Shown here: piece after piece, positions 31,147 through 40,424 of the stretch
How the letters are laid out: each line of letters opens with the position of its first letter
Position numbering within the stretch: the stretch's first letter is position 1
NCBI GenBank assembly: GCA_963762145.1
Contig: CAVXJS010000021.1
Coordinates: 800,001 to 864,000, forward strand
DNA from: an uncultured Candidatus Rokubacteria bacterium
GTDB lineage: Bacteria > Methylomirabilota > Methylomirabilia > Rokubacteriales > CSP1-6
Length of the DNA stretch: 64,000 nucleotides
Reading direction: 5' to 3'
Notes under the pieces: generated by a model
Database searches by the model: none
Seen by the model: the letters and a program-made list of their open reading frames with translations, nothing else
What the model was told of the DNA's origin: nothing
Translations under genes and position numbers: made by a program

Positions 31147-32781
31147 TCAGATCGGACAGACGAGGTGACCGAGGCGCTCGGTCAGCTTCGGGTTCTCCCG
31201 GTAGTCCACCGGCACGTCGACGATCGAGGGGCCGTCCCACGCGAGGGCCTCGGCGAGCATCGGGGCCAGGCTCCGCGCCGACTCCACGCGGAAGCCCTTG
31301 GCGCCGAAGGCCTGGGCGAGCGTGACAAAGTCCGGGTTAGTGAACTCCACGCCCGACTCGCGGCCCAGGCGCGTCTGCTGCTTCCACTGGATGAGGTTGT
31401 AGCCCCCGTCGCGAAAGATCACGTTGACGATGGCCAGGCCCAGCCGCTTGGCGGTCTCGAGCTCCTGGAGGTTCATGAGGAAGCCGCCGTCGCCGCTGAC
31501 CGCGACCACCTTGCGATCGGGGTGCACCAGCTTGGCCGCCACCGCGGCGGGCAGCGCGAACCCCATCGCGGCGAGACCGTTCGAGATCAGCACGCTGTTC
31601 GGCTCGTAGGCCGGGAAGGTGCGCGCGATCCAGAGCTTGTGGCTGCCCACGTCCGAGATCACGATGTCCTCGCGACCCATCGCGGCGCGCAGATCACGCA
31701 GGATGCGCTGCGGCTTGATCGGGAAGGTATCGTCGTCGGCGCCCTCCGCGAGCTGCTCCAGGATGTAGCCGCGCAGCGCGCGATAGGGCGCCGGATCCTT
31801 CTGGCCCTTCACCAGGTCGTTGAGCAGCTCGAGCGCCTCGCGCACGTCCGCGACCACCTCGACCGCCGGCTCGTAGTGCCCGTCCACCTCGGCGGGGGTG
31901 AAGTCGATGTGGATGATGTGCTTCTTGCGCTCCGGGTTCCAGAACTTGGGCGCGTACTCGACCAGGTCGTAGCCCACCGCGATGATCAGGTCCGCCTTCT
32001 CGAAGCCGCAGGAGACGTAGTCGCGTGCCTGCAGGCCGGCGGTGAGCAGGGCGAGCGGATCGTCGTACGGCATGCATCCCTTGGCCATGAAGGTGTTGAC
32101 CACCGGGATGCCGTGGGCGCGGGAGAAGTCGCGCAGCTCCTTGGAGGCGCCGCCGCGGATCACCCCGTTGCCCGCGAAGATGAGCGGGAACGAGGCGGCC
32201 TCGATGAGGCGCGCGGCCGACTGGAGCGCCTGGCGATCCGGCGACGGGCGCCGCGGGCGCTCGGTGGAGAGCGGCTCGCCCTCGGCCGCCTCCTCCGCCA
32301 CGTCCTCGGGCACCTCGATGTGACAGGCGCCCGGCTTCTCGGCTTCGGCCACCTTGAAGGCCTTGCGGAACACCTCGGGGATGACCACCGGCATCTCGGC
32401 GCGCGCGTTCCACTTGGTGAGCGGGCGCATGAGCTCGACGATGTCAACGTACTGGTGCGACTCCTTGTGAACGCGGTCCCGGCCCGCCTGCCCGGTGATC
32501 GCCACGAGGGGCGCGTGGTCGAGGTTGGCGTCCGCCACGCCGGTGGCCAGGTTGGTGGCGCCGGGGCCCAGCGTGGCGAGACAGACGCCCGCCCGGCCGG
32601 TGAGCCGGCCGTAGGCATCGGCCATGAACGCGGCGCCCTGCTCGTGGCGGGTGGGGATGAAGCGGACGTCCGAGTCGATCAGGGAGTCGACGATGTCGAG
32701 GATCTCCTCGCCGGGGACCCCGAACACGTACTTGACCCCCTCGTTCTCCAGACAGCGGGCGATCAGATCGGATGCCTTCAT
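31147..32781 (-). CDS. ThDP-dependent acetolactate-synthase-like enzyme; candidate 2-oxoglutarate decarboxylase
   Basis: CLENEGVKYVFGVPGEE, RHEQGAAFMAD, GDGGFLMN...E; no small regulatory subunit nearby. Confidence 0.85.
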   Translation of the reverse strand: MKASDLIARCLENEGVKYVFGVPGEEILDIVDSLIDSDVRFIPTRHEQGAAFMADAYGRLTGRAGVCLATLGPGATNLATGVADANLDHAPLVAITGQAGRDRVHKESHQYVDIVELMRPLTKWNARAEMPVVIPEVFRKAFKVAEAEKPGACHIEVPEDVAEEAAEGEPLSTERPRRPSPDRQALQSAARLIEAASFPLIFAGNGVIRGGASKELRDFSRAHGIPVVNTFMAKGCMPYDDPLALLTAGLQARDYVSCGFEKADLIIAVGYDLVEYAPKFWNPERKKHIIHIDFTPAEVDGHYEPAVEVVADVREALELLNDLVKGQKDPAPYRALRGYILEQLAEGADDDTFPIKPQRILRDLRAAMGREDIVISDVGSHKLWIARTFPAYEPNSVLISNGLAAMGFALPAAVAAKLVHPDRKVVAVSGDGGFLMNLQELETAKRLGLAIVNVIFRDGGYNLIQWKQQTRLGRESGVEFTNPDFVTLAQAFGAKGFRVESARSLAPMLAEALAWDGPSIVDVPVDYRENPKLTERLGHLVCPI

Positions 32782-32888
32782 CGGTCCACCTCCACTCGCA
32801 GTCTACGCTCCCGCCCGAGACGCGGCCACCGTGGCACCAGTTGCCGCGTCTTACTCTCGGGCGCACCATGAGGACAAGGAGGGATGCC

Positions 32889-34253
32889 ATGAGCGTTCAA
32901 TCGATCAATCCGGCCACCGGCGAGGTCCTCGAGACGATCGAAGAGACGTCGAAAACGCAGATCGAGCAGGCCCTGGCGCAGGCGCACGCCGCCTTCCTCG
33001 AATGGCGCACCCGCCCGTTCGCGGATCGGGCCCGGCTCATGCGCGCCGCCGCCAAGGAGCTTCGCGCGAACAAGGCGGAGTACGCCCTGACCATGACCCG
33101 GGAGATGGGCAAGCCCATCACCCAGGCGGAAGCCGAGGTGGAGAAGAGCGCCGGGACCTGCGACTACTACGCCGAGCACGCGGAGGCGTTCCTGGCCGAG
33201 CAGCCGCGGGAGACCGATGCGAAACGGAGCTTCGTCCGCTTCGATCCGCTCGGGGTGGTGCTGGCCGTGATGCCGTGGAACTTCCCGTACTGGCAGGTCT
33301 TCCGCTTCGCGGCCCCGGCCCTCATGGCGGGCAACGGCGGCATCCTCAAGCACGCCTCCAACGTTCCGCGCTGCGCGCTGCAGATCGAGCAGGTGTTCCG
33401 CCGCGCCGGCTTCCCGGAAGGGCTGTTCCGGACCGTGCTCACCAACGCGGCGGGGGTGAAGGAGATCATCGCGGATCCGCGCATCGTCGCGGCGACCCTC
33501 ACCGGCAGCGAGCGCGCGGGCATGGCGGTGGCCGAGCAGGCCGGGCGCATGCTGAAGAAGACGGTGCTCGAGCTGGGCGGCAGCGATCCCTTCATCGTGC
33601 TGGCCGACGCGGACGTGGATGCGGCGGCCAGCGCCGCGGCGGACGCGCGGCTGATCAACAGCGGCCAGAGCTGCATCGCGGCCAAACGCTTCATCGTGGT
33701 CGAATCGGTGGGGGACCGCTTCCTCGAGCGGTTCAAGACGGAGCTGGGCGCGCGCCGCATGGGCGATCCCACGTCCCGGGACACCGCGGTCGGCCCCCAG
33801 GCGCGGCTGGACCTGCGCGACGAGCTCCACTCGCAGGTCACCGAGTCCATCAAGCGGGGGGCCCGGCGGATCCTGGGCGGCGAGGTGCCCGCGGGCAAGG
33901 GCGCCTTCTACCCGCCGACGCTCCTGGCCGCGGTGGACAAGGGCATGCCCGCCTTCGACGAGGAGACGTTCGGACCGGTGGCGGCGGTGATCGTGGCCAA
34001 GGACGCGGCGGATGCGATCCGCCTCGCGAACGACTCCCCCTACGGCCTGGGCGCGGCGCTGTGGACCGCCGACCGTGCACGCGCCGAGCACCTCGCCGCG
34101 CAGATCGAGGCGGGCGCGGTGTTCGTCAACGGGATCGTGAAATCCGACCCGCGCCTACCCTTCGGTGGCATCAAGCGCTCGGGCTACGGCCGCGAGCTCT
34201 CCGAGTACGGCATCCGCGAGTTCGTGAATATCAAGTCGGTGTGGATCTCGTAG
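32889..34253 (+). CDS. NAD(P)-dependent succinate-semialdehyde dehydrogenase (454-aa Sad/GabD1 type)
   Basis: SINPATGE, MPWNFP, LELGGSD, GQSCIA, EETFGP, PFGGIKRSGYGRE. Confidence 0.9.
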   Translation: MSVQSINPATGEVLETIEETSKTQIEQALAQAHAAFLEWRTRPFADRARLMRAAAKELRANKAEYALTMTREMGKPITQAEAEVEKSAGTCDYYAEHAEAFLAEQPRETDAKRSFVRFDPLGVVLAVMPWNFPYWQVFRFAAPALMAGNGGILKHASNVPRCALQIEQVFRRAGFPEGLFRTVLTNAAGVKEIIADPRIVAATLTGSERAGMAVAEQAGRMLKKTVLELGGSDPFIVLADADVDAAASAAADARLINSGQSCIAAKRFIVVESVGDRFLERFKTELGARRMGDPTSRDTAVGPQARLDLRDELHSQVTESIKRGARRILGGEVPAGKGAFYPPTLLAAVDKGMPAFDEETFGPVAAVIVAKDAADAIRLANDSPYGLGAALWTADRARAEHLAAQIEAGAVFVNGIVKSDPRLPFGGIKRSGYGRELSEYGIREFVNIKSVWIS

Positions 34254-34327
34254 CACGCGCGAAGACGTAGGGAGGGCTATCGGGTCGGAGCTACCCGGTA
34301 GGTGTTACCGCCGTTAGCTTCTCTTTT

Positions 34328-34362
34328 GGAATGCGGGGGCCCAGAAATGGCCCCCGCATTCC
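34328..34362. terminator. Strong hairpin between convergent genes
   Basis: GGAATGCGGGGGCC-CAGAAAT-GGCCCCCGCATTCC, perfect 14-bp stem. Confidence 0.6.
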
Positions 34363-34373
34363 CCCCGTCCCCG

Positions 34374-34907
34374 TCACTCGCCGTCCAGGGCCTCGGGCAT
34401 TTTTCGCAGCAGCCGGCCGTGGAAGTATGCGAGGGCGCCGACCATCGCCGCGGCGCCCAGGATGTGCCCGCCCAGGAAGATCACCGGGGTGACCGCCTGG
34501 CCGAGCCACTGCGAGAGCGCGTAGACCATCGCGAGGAACACCACCGCGAGGCAGCAGCCGAAGATGAAGATCAGCGCGAGGACACGCTTCTCGCGCTCGG
34601 CGAGCGCGAAGAGCCCCGCCACCCCGAGCCCGAGGGCCACGAAGCCGGCGAGGTGCACCGCGGTGTAGCCGGCCACCAGCCGCGCGGTCGGCGCGACCGC
34701 ATCCACGTCCCGCACCCCGTCGAAGAGCGCGGCGCCCAGCAGCGCGGGGGTCCGCAGGGGCACGCCCGCGGCCAAATCCACGATGAAGAACCACAGCATC
34801 ACGACGGCAGCTCCGATGAGCCCTACCGTGATGCCCTCTCGCACCGCGTGCGTCGATCGCCGCGACACGCGCGGCCGTGTTCCGTATCGCATCGTCGCTT
34901 CACTCAT
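34374..34907 (-). CDS. Hypothetical multi-pass membrane protein
   Basis: About four hydrophobic helices; GGAGG SD before the ATG at 34907. Confidence 0.75.
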   Translation of the reverse strand: MSEATMRYGTRPRVSRRSTHAVREGITVGLIGAAVVMLWFFIVDLAAGVPLRTPALLGAALFDGVRDVDAVAPTARLVAGYTAVHLAGFVALGLGVAGLFALAEREKRVLALIFIFGCCLAVVFLAMVYALSQWLGQAVTPVIFLGGHILGAAAMVGALAYFHGRLLRKMPEALDGE

Positions 34908-34933
34908 GTCGTGTCCTCCCGCTGATCCCGAGT

Positions 34934-34949
34934 TGCACATTCGGGACCA
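34934..34949 (-). promoter_or_regulatory. Putative sigma-54 promoter (leftward)
   Basis: TGGTCC-CGAAT-GTGCA, GG-N10-GC. Confidence 0.45.
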
Positions 34950-35061
34950 GAACCCGGCGCCCACGGCGCGGAAAGAAGTACGCGGCACTCTTTACCGGAC
35001 CGAGGCGCAGCTCACCGGCGCGCGAGGGCCGATTGGCCAGCATCCTCGTGCCTTTAGGTCG

Positions 35062-35077
35062 TGGCATACCGCTTGCT
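35062..35077 (+). promoter_or_regulatory. Putative sigma-54 promoter (rightward, small-protein/stress cluster)
   Basis: TGGCAT-ACCGC-TTGCT, near consensus. Confidence 0.7.
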
Positions 35078-35133
35078 CTCTTCCCCATGCGTCACGCAGC
35101 GCGGAGCAATCACGTAGCGCACAGGAGGACATC

Positions 35134-35340
35134 ATGGCGCGACAGTCGAAGACGAGCGGGGAGCCGCGCATCGGGCGGAAGGATCTTCAGGATCCGGACC
35201 GCGATGTGCGCAGCCCGCGGAAGGGCACCGTGGAACCCGATGCCGAGCGTAGTGACCGGGAGGCCGGTGCGGGGCGGCCCGTGCAGCTCGACGAGGAAGG
35301 GCGCTCGCGGCCGGCCGACGACGCCCCGGTAGCTAAGTAG
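35134..35340 (+). CDS. Small hydrophilic protein (68 aa)
   Basis: AGGAGG SD; charged, low-complexity sequence MARQSKTSGEP... Confidence 0.65.
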   Translation: MARQSKTSGEPRIGRKDLQDPDRDVRSPRKGTVEPDAERSDREAGAGRPVQLDEEGRSRPADDAPVAK

Positions 35341-35394
35341 AAAAGAACGGCGAAGTAGAAGGCAACCAAACTCGTTTCAAGGAGGAAGCAAACC

Positions 35395-35988
35395 ATGCGG
35401 TATGGCAAGACAATGACGACAGCCACGCTTCTCACCGCGCTCCTCGCGGCGGCTCCGTTCACCGCGGGCGCGCAGAGCAAGACGGAAGAGGCCAAGGACA
35501 AGACCAAGACGATGACCCAGGACGCGAAGGTCGCGGTCACCGACACCTGGATCACCTCGAAGACCAAGATGGCCATCTTCGCGGACGAGCGCGTGAAGGG
35601 GACGCAGGTCAGCGTCGACACCATGAAGGACGGCGTCGTGCACCTGCGCGGCAAGGTCGACTCGGCCGAGGCCAAGACGGCGGCCGGTGAGATCGCCAAG
35701 GGTATCGAGGGCGTGAAGTCGGTGAAGAACGACCTCCAGGTCGTGGCTCCGGCGGACCGCAAGATGGTGAACGCCAAGGACGAGGACATCGACAAGGCAG
35801 TGAAGGCGCGGCTCGCGAAGGACGCGCAGGCGAAGAAGGTCGACGTGCGTACCGATGCGGGCGTGGTGACGCTGACGGGCGAGGTGCCGAGCATCACCGC
35901 GGCGGCCAAGGCTTCCGAGATGGCGCGTGGCGTGGCCGGCGTGAAGGCGGTGAAGAACGAGCTGACCTTTCGCCAGGCCGGCAAGTAA
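35395..35988 (+). CDS. Dual-BON-domain periplasmic protein (OsmY-like)
   Basis: Signal peptide; DTWITSKTK...GVVHLRG...GVKSVKNDL, repeated twice. Confidence 0.92.
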   Translation: MRYGKTMTTATLLTALLAAAPFTAGAQSKTEEAKDKTKTMTQDAKVAVTDTWITSKTKMAIFADERVKGTQVSVDTMKDGVVHLRGKVDSAEAKTAAGEIAKGIEGVKSVKNDLQVVAPADRKMVNAKDEDIDKAVKARLAKDAQAKKVDVRTDAGVVTLTGEVPSITAAAKASEMARGVAGVKAVKNELTFRQAGK

Positions 35989-36019
35989 CGCCGGCAAGTA
36001 ACGAAGGAAGGATCGTTCC

Positions 36020-36211
36020 ATGGCCCGGCCGAGAGGCAAGGGCAGTCGCAAGGTCAAGAAGGTGATGGGCGAGTACAAGCGGGGCTCGCTCCGCTCGTCC
36101 TCGGGAGCAAAAGTTCGCAAGCGCAAGCAGGCCGTCGCCATCGCGCTGAGTGAGGCTCGCGAAGCCGGAGCCCGCATCCCACGGCGGCGGCGGAGATCCC
36201 GGGCTCGCTGA
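36020..36211 (+). CDS. Small basic protein (DUF6496-like)
   Basis: KVKKVMGEYKRGSLRSS...KQAVAIALSEAR. Confidence 0.8.
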   Translation: MARPRGKGSRKVKKVMGEYKRGSLRSSSGAKVRKRKQAVAIALSEAREAGARIPRRRRRSRAR

Positions 36212-36265
36212 CGCGGCCGGGAAGACCCGGCGCCTCGGGCGCCGGAAGGAAAGGAGTACGACGAC

Positions 36266-36415
36266 ATGGGCACCACGGAGAAGCAGGGCCAGCAGGGTCA
36301 GCCCGGTCACGACCGGGACAAGGACCGCCAGGGCCAGCAGCAGCAGGAGCCGGGCCGCAACCCGCAGCCGGGTGGCGGTCAGCCGGGTGGTGGTCAGGGC
36401 GAGCGTAATCGCTAG
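36266..36415 (+). CDS. 49-aa Gln/Gly-rich hydrophilin-like small protein (not in the ORF track)
   Basis: AAGGAG SD; MGTTEKQGQQGQPGHDRDKDRQGQQQQEPGRNPQPGGGQPGGGQGERNR*. Confidence 0.7.
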   Translation: MGTTEKQGQQGQPGHDRDKDRQGQQQQEPGRNPQPGGGQPGGGQGERNR

Positions 36416-36508
36416 TCGATAGCTCTTAGCTCCAGGGGCGGGCGTCGGGGAAATGGTTTCCCGGCGCCCGCCGGGCCACCCACGAAGGCCAGAAGAGGAG
36501 GACGCGCG

Positions 36509-36661
36509 GTGTCACTGATCTTGATCGTCATCCTGGTACTCATCCTACTCGGGACGCTGCCGACGTGGCCGTACAGCTCGGGGTGGGGTCCGTATCCGAG
36601 CGGGGGCGTCGGACTGGTGCTGTTGATCCTCGTGATCCTCTTGCTGACGGGACGACTCTGA
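36509..36661 (+). CDS. DUF3309-family small membrane protein (50 aa, not in the ORF track)
   Basis: GGAGG SD; MSLILIVILVLILLGTLPTWPYSSGWGPYPSGGVGLVLLILVILLLTGRL*. Confidence 0.88.
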   Translation: MSLILIVILVLILLGTLPTWPYSSGWGPYPSGGVGLVLLILVILLLTGRL

Positions 36662-36662
36662 C

Positions 36663-36878
36663 ATGAAAGCCTGCGCGGCGTCGGGACGGATCGCGGCGGC
36701 GGTGGCCCTCGCCATGGGCGGCCTCGGACTGGGGCTGCTCCTGCTGGGCAGTCGGCGCGCCGATCCGCTCCCGGTGGCGCGTTGTCCCATCCATGGAATC
36801 GCCTACGACGCCGAGCTCGAGGTTTGCCCCGAATGCGCCAAGACCGACGCGGCGGGCGGAAAGGGAGGCACGCGATGA
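36663..36878 (+). CDS. Small membrane-anchored zinc-ribbon-like protein
   Basis: TM helix followed by CPIH...CPEC. Confidence 0.6.
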   Translation: MKACAASGRIAAAVALAMGGLGLGLLLLGSRRADPLPVARCPIHGIAYDAELEVCPECAKTDAAGGKGGTR

Positions 36879-37039
36879 GCGGGATGCCGGCTCTGTACTG
36901 TCGGACCTGTAACACCTTTCGGGAGGTCGAAGACTGGCGCGAGCGGGGCGAAGCCCTCGTCATCGAGCTCGGACCCTGCGGCCACGAGATCCGGCGGAGT
37001 GCCGGCGTCGAATGGCCCATTCACACCGTGGCAGCGTGA
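36875..37039 (+). CDS. 54-aa zinc-ribbon-like protein
   Basis: GGAGG SD, ATGA overlap with the previous stop; CRTC...CGH. Confidence 0.6.
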   Translation: MSGMPALYCRTCNTFREVEDWRERGEALVIELGPCGHEIRRSAGVEWPIHTVAA

Positions 37040-37052
37040 GAAGGAGAACGTC

Positions 37053-37295
37053 ATGTTGAGTCGATTCATGCTCGGAGCGATCGTGGGCGGCATCGCGGTC
37101 TACATGTGGGGCGACGAGATCCGTCGCTTCGCGGACACCAAGGGCCGCACCGCGCGGCTGGCGGCGGCGGACACGCTGAAGTCGGTCCAGGACACCGCGG
37201 AGGGTCTCTTCGATTCCGCGAAGGATCAGGTGACGTCGACCCTGCAGTCGGGTCAGGACGCCATCCGGCCCGCGCGGGCCACTCGGGAGCGGTGA
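37053..37295 (+). CDS. YtxH-like small protein
   Basis: AAGGAG SD; FMLGAIVGGIAV TM segment followed by an amphipathic helical tail. Confidence 0.7.
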   Translation: MLSRFMLGAIVGGIAVYMWGDEIRRFADTKGRTARLAAADTLKSVQDTAEGLFDSAKDQVTSTLQSGQDAIRPARATRER

Positions 37296-37993
37296 TGAGC
37301 GCGCGGGCAGTCGTTGGCGGCGCGCTCGTGGCCGTGACCTTGCTCGGCGGCTGCGCCATCGAGACCACGAGCGGGCCGACGGGCCGGCCGACCGAGACCA
37401 CGCGCCCGGCCCCCGGCCAGGCCCCGACGACCCCGCAGAAGACGGTCGACCCGGCGCAGGTCGAGCGGCTCAAGAAGGTGATGATCCCGCTGTTGCAGGC
37501 CATGAACAAACCGAAGGCGCCGGGCCAGGTCAAGATCGGGATTATCGACGATCCGTCGATCAATGCGGCGAACGCCGGCGGCGGCGAGTTCTACGTGACC
37601 ACCGGTCTCCTACAGAAGGCGTCCGACGATCAGCTCCTCGCCGTGATGGCCCACGAGGTCGCGCACGACGACCTCGGCCACGTGGCCAAGGCCCAGGCCC
37701 TCGGCACCGGGCTCGGGATCGGCGCGGTCATCCTCGACCAGATCATCCCGGGGGCTGGCCGGGTAGCGCCGATCGCGGGGGCGCTCATCCAGAGCAAGTA
37801 CAGCCGAAGCGAGGAATACCAGGCCGACGCCCATGGCGTGGAGCTGCTCAAGCGGGTGGGCCGGAACAAGGACGTGATGATCAACACCCTCACCTGGCTG
37901 ATGAGCACGGAGGGGAGCGGCGGCGGGGGCGGCGGCTTCTTGAGCACCCATCCCGAGACCGGAGATCGCATCGAAGAGCTTCGCCGGCTGTGA
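37295..37993 (+). CDS. M48-family zinc metallopeptidase lipoprotein
   Basis: Lipobox LGGC, INAANAG, HEVAH, YSRSEEYQAD, FLSTHP. Confidence 0.9.
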   Translation: MSARAVVGGALVAVTLLGGCAIETTSGPTGRPTETTRPAPGQAPTTPQKTVDPAQVERLKKVMIPLLQAMNKPKAPGQVKIGIIDDPSINAANAGGGEFYVTTGLLQKASDDQLLAVMAHEVAHDDLGHVAKAQALGTGLGIGAVILDQIIPGAGRVAPIAGALIQSKYSRSEEYQADAHGVELLKRVGRNKDVMINTLTWLMSTEGSGGGGGGFLSTHPETGDRIEELRRL

Positions 37994-39255
37994 GCACGAT
38001 GAGAGGGCGGGCGGCGACCCGCGTGGTCTCCGTCGCCTGCCTTCTCCTCTTGCTCGTCAGTTGCAACCACGTCCAGCCCCACCTCAAGATCCCCGATCTG
38101 CGGATCTCCGAGCCGGCGCTCCGCGCCACGCTCGTCGGCTACACCGGCGGCGCGGTGGTGACCGGCAACCGGGTCGAAGTCCTCCTGAACGGCGAGGAGA
38201 TCTTCCCGGCCAAGCTCGCGGTGATCCGGGCCGCGCGCAAGACCATCACCTACGCCCAGTACGTGTTCGAGGAGGGGGCGCCCGCCGAGGAGACCGCTCA
38301 GGCGCTCGCGGAGCGCTGCCGGGCTGGGGTCAAGGTGCACGTGCTCATCGATGCGGTCGGCTCGCTGCTGATGCCCACGCAGTACCGCGACCTGATGACC
38401 GAAGCCGGCTGCGAGGTCGCGCTCTACCGCCCGATCACCCCGTGGACCATGGACCGGGCCAACTACCGGAACCATCGGCGCATCCTGGTCGCGGACGGGC
38501 GGATGGGCGTCACCGGCGGCTCGGGCACCAGCGGCAAGTGGAGCGGCAACGGCAAGCAGGAAGGGCAGTGGCGCGACACCGACATGCGGGTCGAGGGCCC
38601 GGTGGTGAACCAGCTCCAGGGCGCGTTCGCGGAAAACTGGCTGGAGGCGACCGGGGCCGCGCTGGGAGGGGCCGACTACTTTCCGTGGCCCATCGAGGCC
38701 AAGGGCGGGGTCGAGTCCCAAATTGTGCGCAGCTCGCCGGCGGGCGGCAGCGTGGCGATGTACACCATGTTCCTGCTCGCGATGGCCTCGGCCCGCCGGA
38801 CGATCTACATCACCAATCCGTACTTCGTGCCCGACGAGAAGATGATCGAGACGCTGCTCCAGTCTCGGCAGCGGGGCGTGCGCGTCGTCCTGCTCCTGCC
38901 GGGAGCGATCGATCACAATCTCGTGCGGCAGGCCAGCCGCTCGCAGCTCGGCCGTCTGCTCCAGGCGGGCGTCCAGATCTACGAGTACCGGGCGGCGCTG
39001 CTGCACTCCAAGACCATGGTGATCGACTCCATCTGGGCCACCGTCGGCAGCACGAATCTCGACCGTCGCTCGTTCGAGCTGAACGAGGAGCTGAACCTGG
39101 TCGTCTACAACGCAGACGTCGCGCGGCGGCTCGAGCGCGTCTTCGAGGACGATCTGGGACAGTCCCGGCCGGTCACCTACGAGCAGTGGAAGGACCGCGG
39201 GTTCATGAGCCGCTTCCTCGAGATGCTCTCGATCCCGGTCCGCGGGCAGCTCTGA
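37990..39255 (+). CDS. Cardiolipin synthase / phospholipase D family protein (ClsB-like)
   Basis: NHRRILVAD and LHSKTMVID...VGSTNLDRRSFELNEE; WRDTD; ITNPYFVP. Confidence 0.9.
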   Translation: MSTMRGRAATRVVSVACLLLLLVSCNHVQPHLKIPDLRISEPALRATLVGYTGGAVVTGNRVEVLLNGEEIFPAKLAVIRAARKTITYAQYVFEEGAPAEETAQALAERCRAGVKVHVLIDAVGSLLMPTQYRDLMTEAGCEVALYRPITPWTMDRANYRNHRRILVADGRMGVTGGSGTSGKWSGNGKQEGQWRDTDMRVEGPVVNQLQGAFAENWLEATGAALGGADYFPWPIEAKGGVESQIVRSSPAGGSVAMYTMFLLAMASARRTIYITNPYFVPDEKMIETLLQSRQRGVRVVLLLPGAIDHNLVRQASRSQLGRLLQAGVQIYEYRAALLHSKTMVIDSIWATVGSTNLDRRSFELNEELNLVVYNADVARRLERVFEDDLGQSRPVTYEQWKDRGFMSRFLEMLSIPVRGQL

Positions 39256-39292
39256 TCGCGCCGGCGGTTGACGGCCACGGTAGGCTGAAATC

Positions 39293-40382
39293 ATGAGCCG
39301 GTCGGCCACGCTCCTCCTCGCCGTCGCCCTGACCCTGCTCGCCGGCGATGGCTTCTCGCCCCTCGGGCCGGGAAGGTCGGGGGCCGAGAATGCGGTTCCG
39401 CGCGTCGCTCCTGGCTTCTTCGATCCCGCCCAGCGGGCGGGCAGCGCCTACAAGAACCTGGATCCCGAATACCGGCGCGCGTCCTACTGGGCTCGTCTGC
39501 ACTCGCTCGTGACTCGGCGCCACCTGGCTGGTGTCGGAGAGCCGGGTCGCGCCGCTGCCGCTCGGGACGCCGGATTGGGCCGCCCTGCGCGATCGCCGCC
39601 CGCACGCGCCGACCGTGACCTGGATCGGCCACTCGACCGTGCTGGTCCAGCTCGACGGCGTCAACTTCCTGACCGATCCGACCTGGGCCGATCGCAGCGG
39701 TCCCTTCAGCGGTTTCATCGGCGTGCGCCGCTACACGCCGCCCGGTATCCCCTTCGACGACCTGCCGCCCATCGACTTCGTCCTGATCTCCCACGACCAC
39801 TACGACCATCTCGACGAGCCCACCGTGCGCCGCCTGGCCCGCACGTCCGATCCGCTCTTCGTCGTGCCCCTCGGCATCAAGGCGTGGCTCGCCGATCGCG
39901 GCATCACCAACGCGGTGGAGCTCGACTGGGGAGAGTCGGTCACGGTCAAGGGGTTGACGGTGGTGTGTACACCGGCGCAGCACGGCGGCGGGCGCACCGC
40001 CATCGACCAGGGCCGTCGGCTCTGGTCATCGTGGGCGGTGCTGGGCTCGAAGCGCTTCTACTTCGGCGGCGACACCGGCTACTATCGCCACTTCGCGGAG
40101 ACCGGAGACCGGCTCGGCCCCTTCGACCTGGCCGCCCTGCCGATCGGGTCCTACACGCCGCGCGACATCGCCAAGGCCGTGCACATCTCGCCGGAGGAAG
40201 CGCTGCAGGCCGCGCTGGACCTGCGCGCTTCCCACATGCTCGGCGTGCACTGGGGCACCTTCGCCCTCGCCCGGGAGCCGTACGACGAGCCACCGGCCCG
40301 CATGCGCGCCGAGATCGAGCGGCGCGGGATCGACCCGGACACCGCCTGGATCCTCAAGCCCGGCGAGACCCGTACCTGGTAG
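39293..40382 (+). CDS. MBL-fold hydrolase (NAPE-PLD/RomA-like); frameshift about 39530
   Basis: TWIGHST, LTDP, SHDHYDHLD, PAQH, GDTGY, HWGTF. Confidence 0.85.
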
Positions 40383-40388
40383 TTTTCT

Positions 40389-40423
40389 CCCTCTCCCCGA
40401 CGGGGAGAGGGCATGGTGAGGGG
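40389..40423 (-). repeat. Palindromic repeat, family B, between convergent genes
   Basis: CCCTCTCCCC-GAC-GGGGAGAGGG-CATGGTGAGGGG. Confidence 0.75.
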
Positions 40424-40424
40424 C

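Noticed and set aside
32832-32845. Sigma-54 promoter TGGCACCAGTTGC
   Set aside because: The GG-to-GC spacing is 8 nt, not the required 10.
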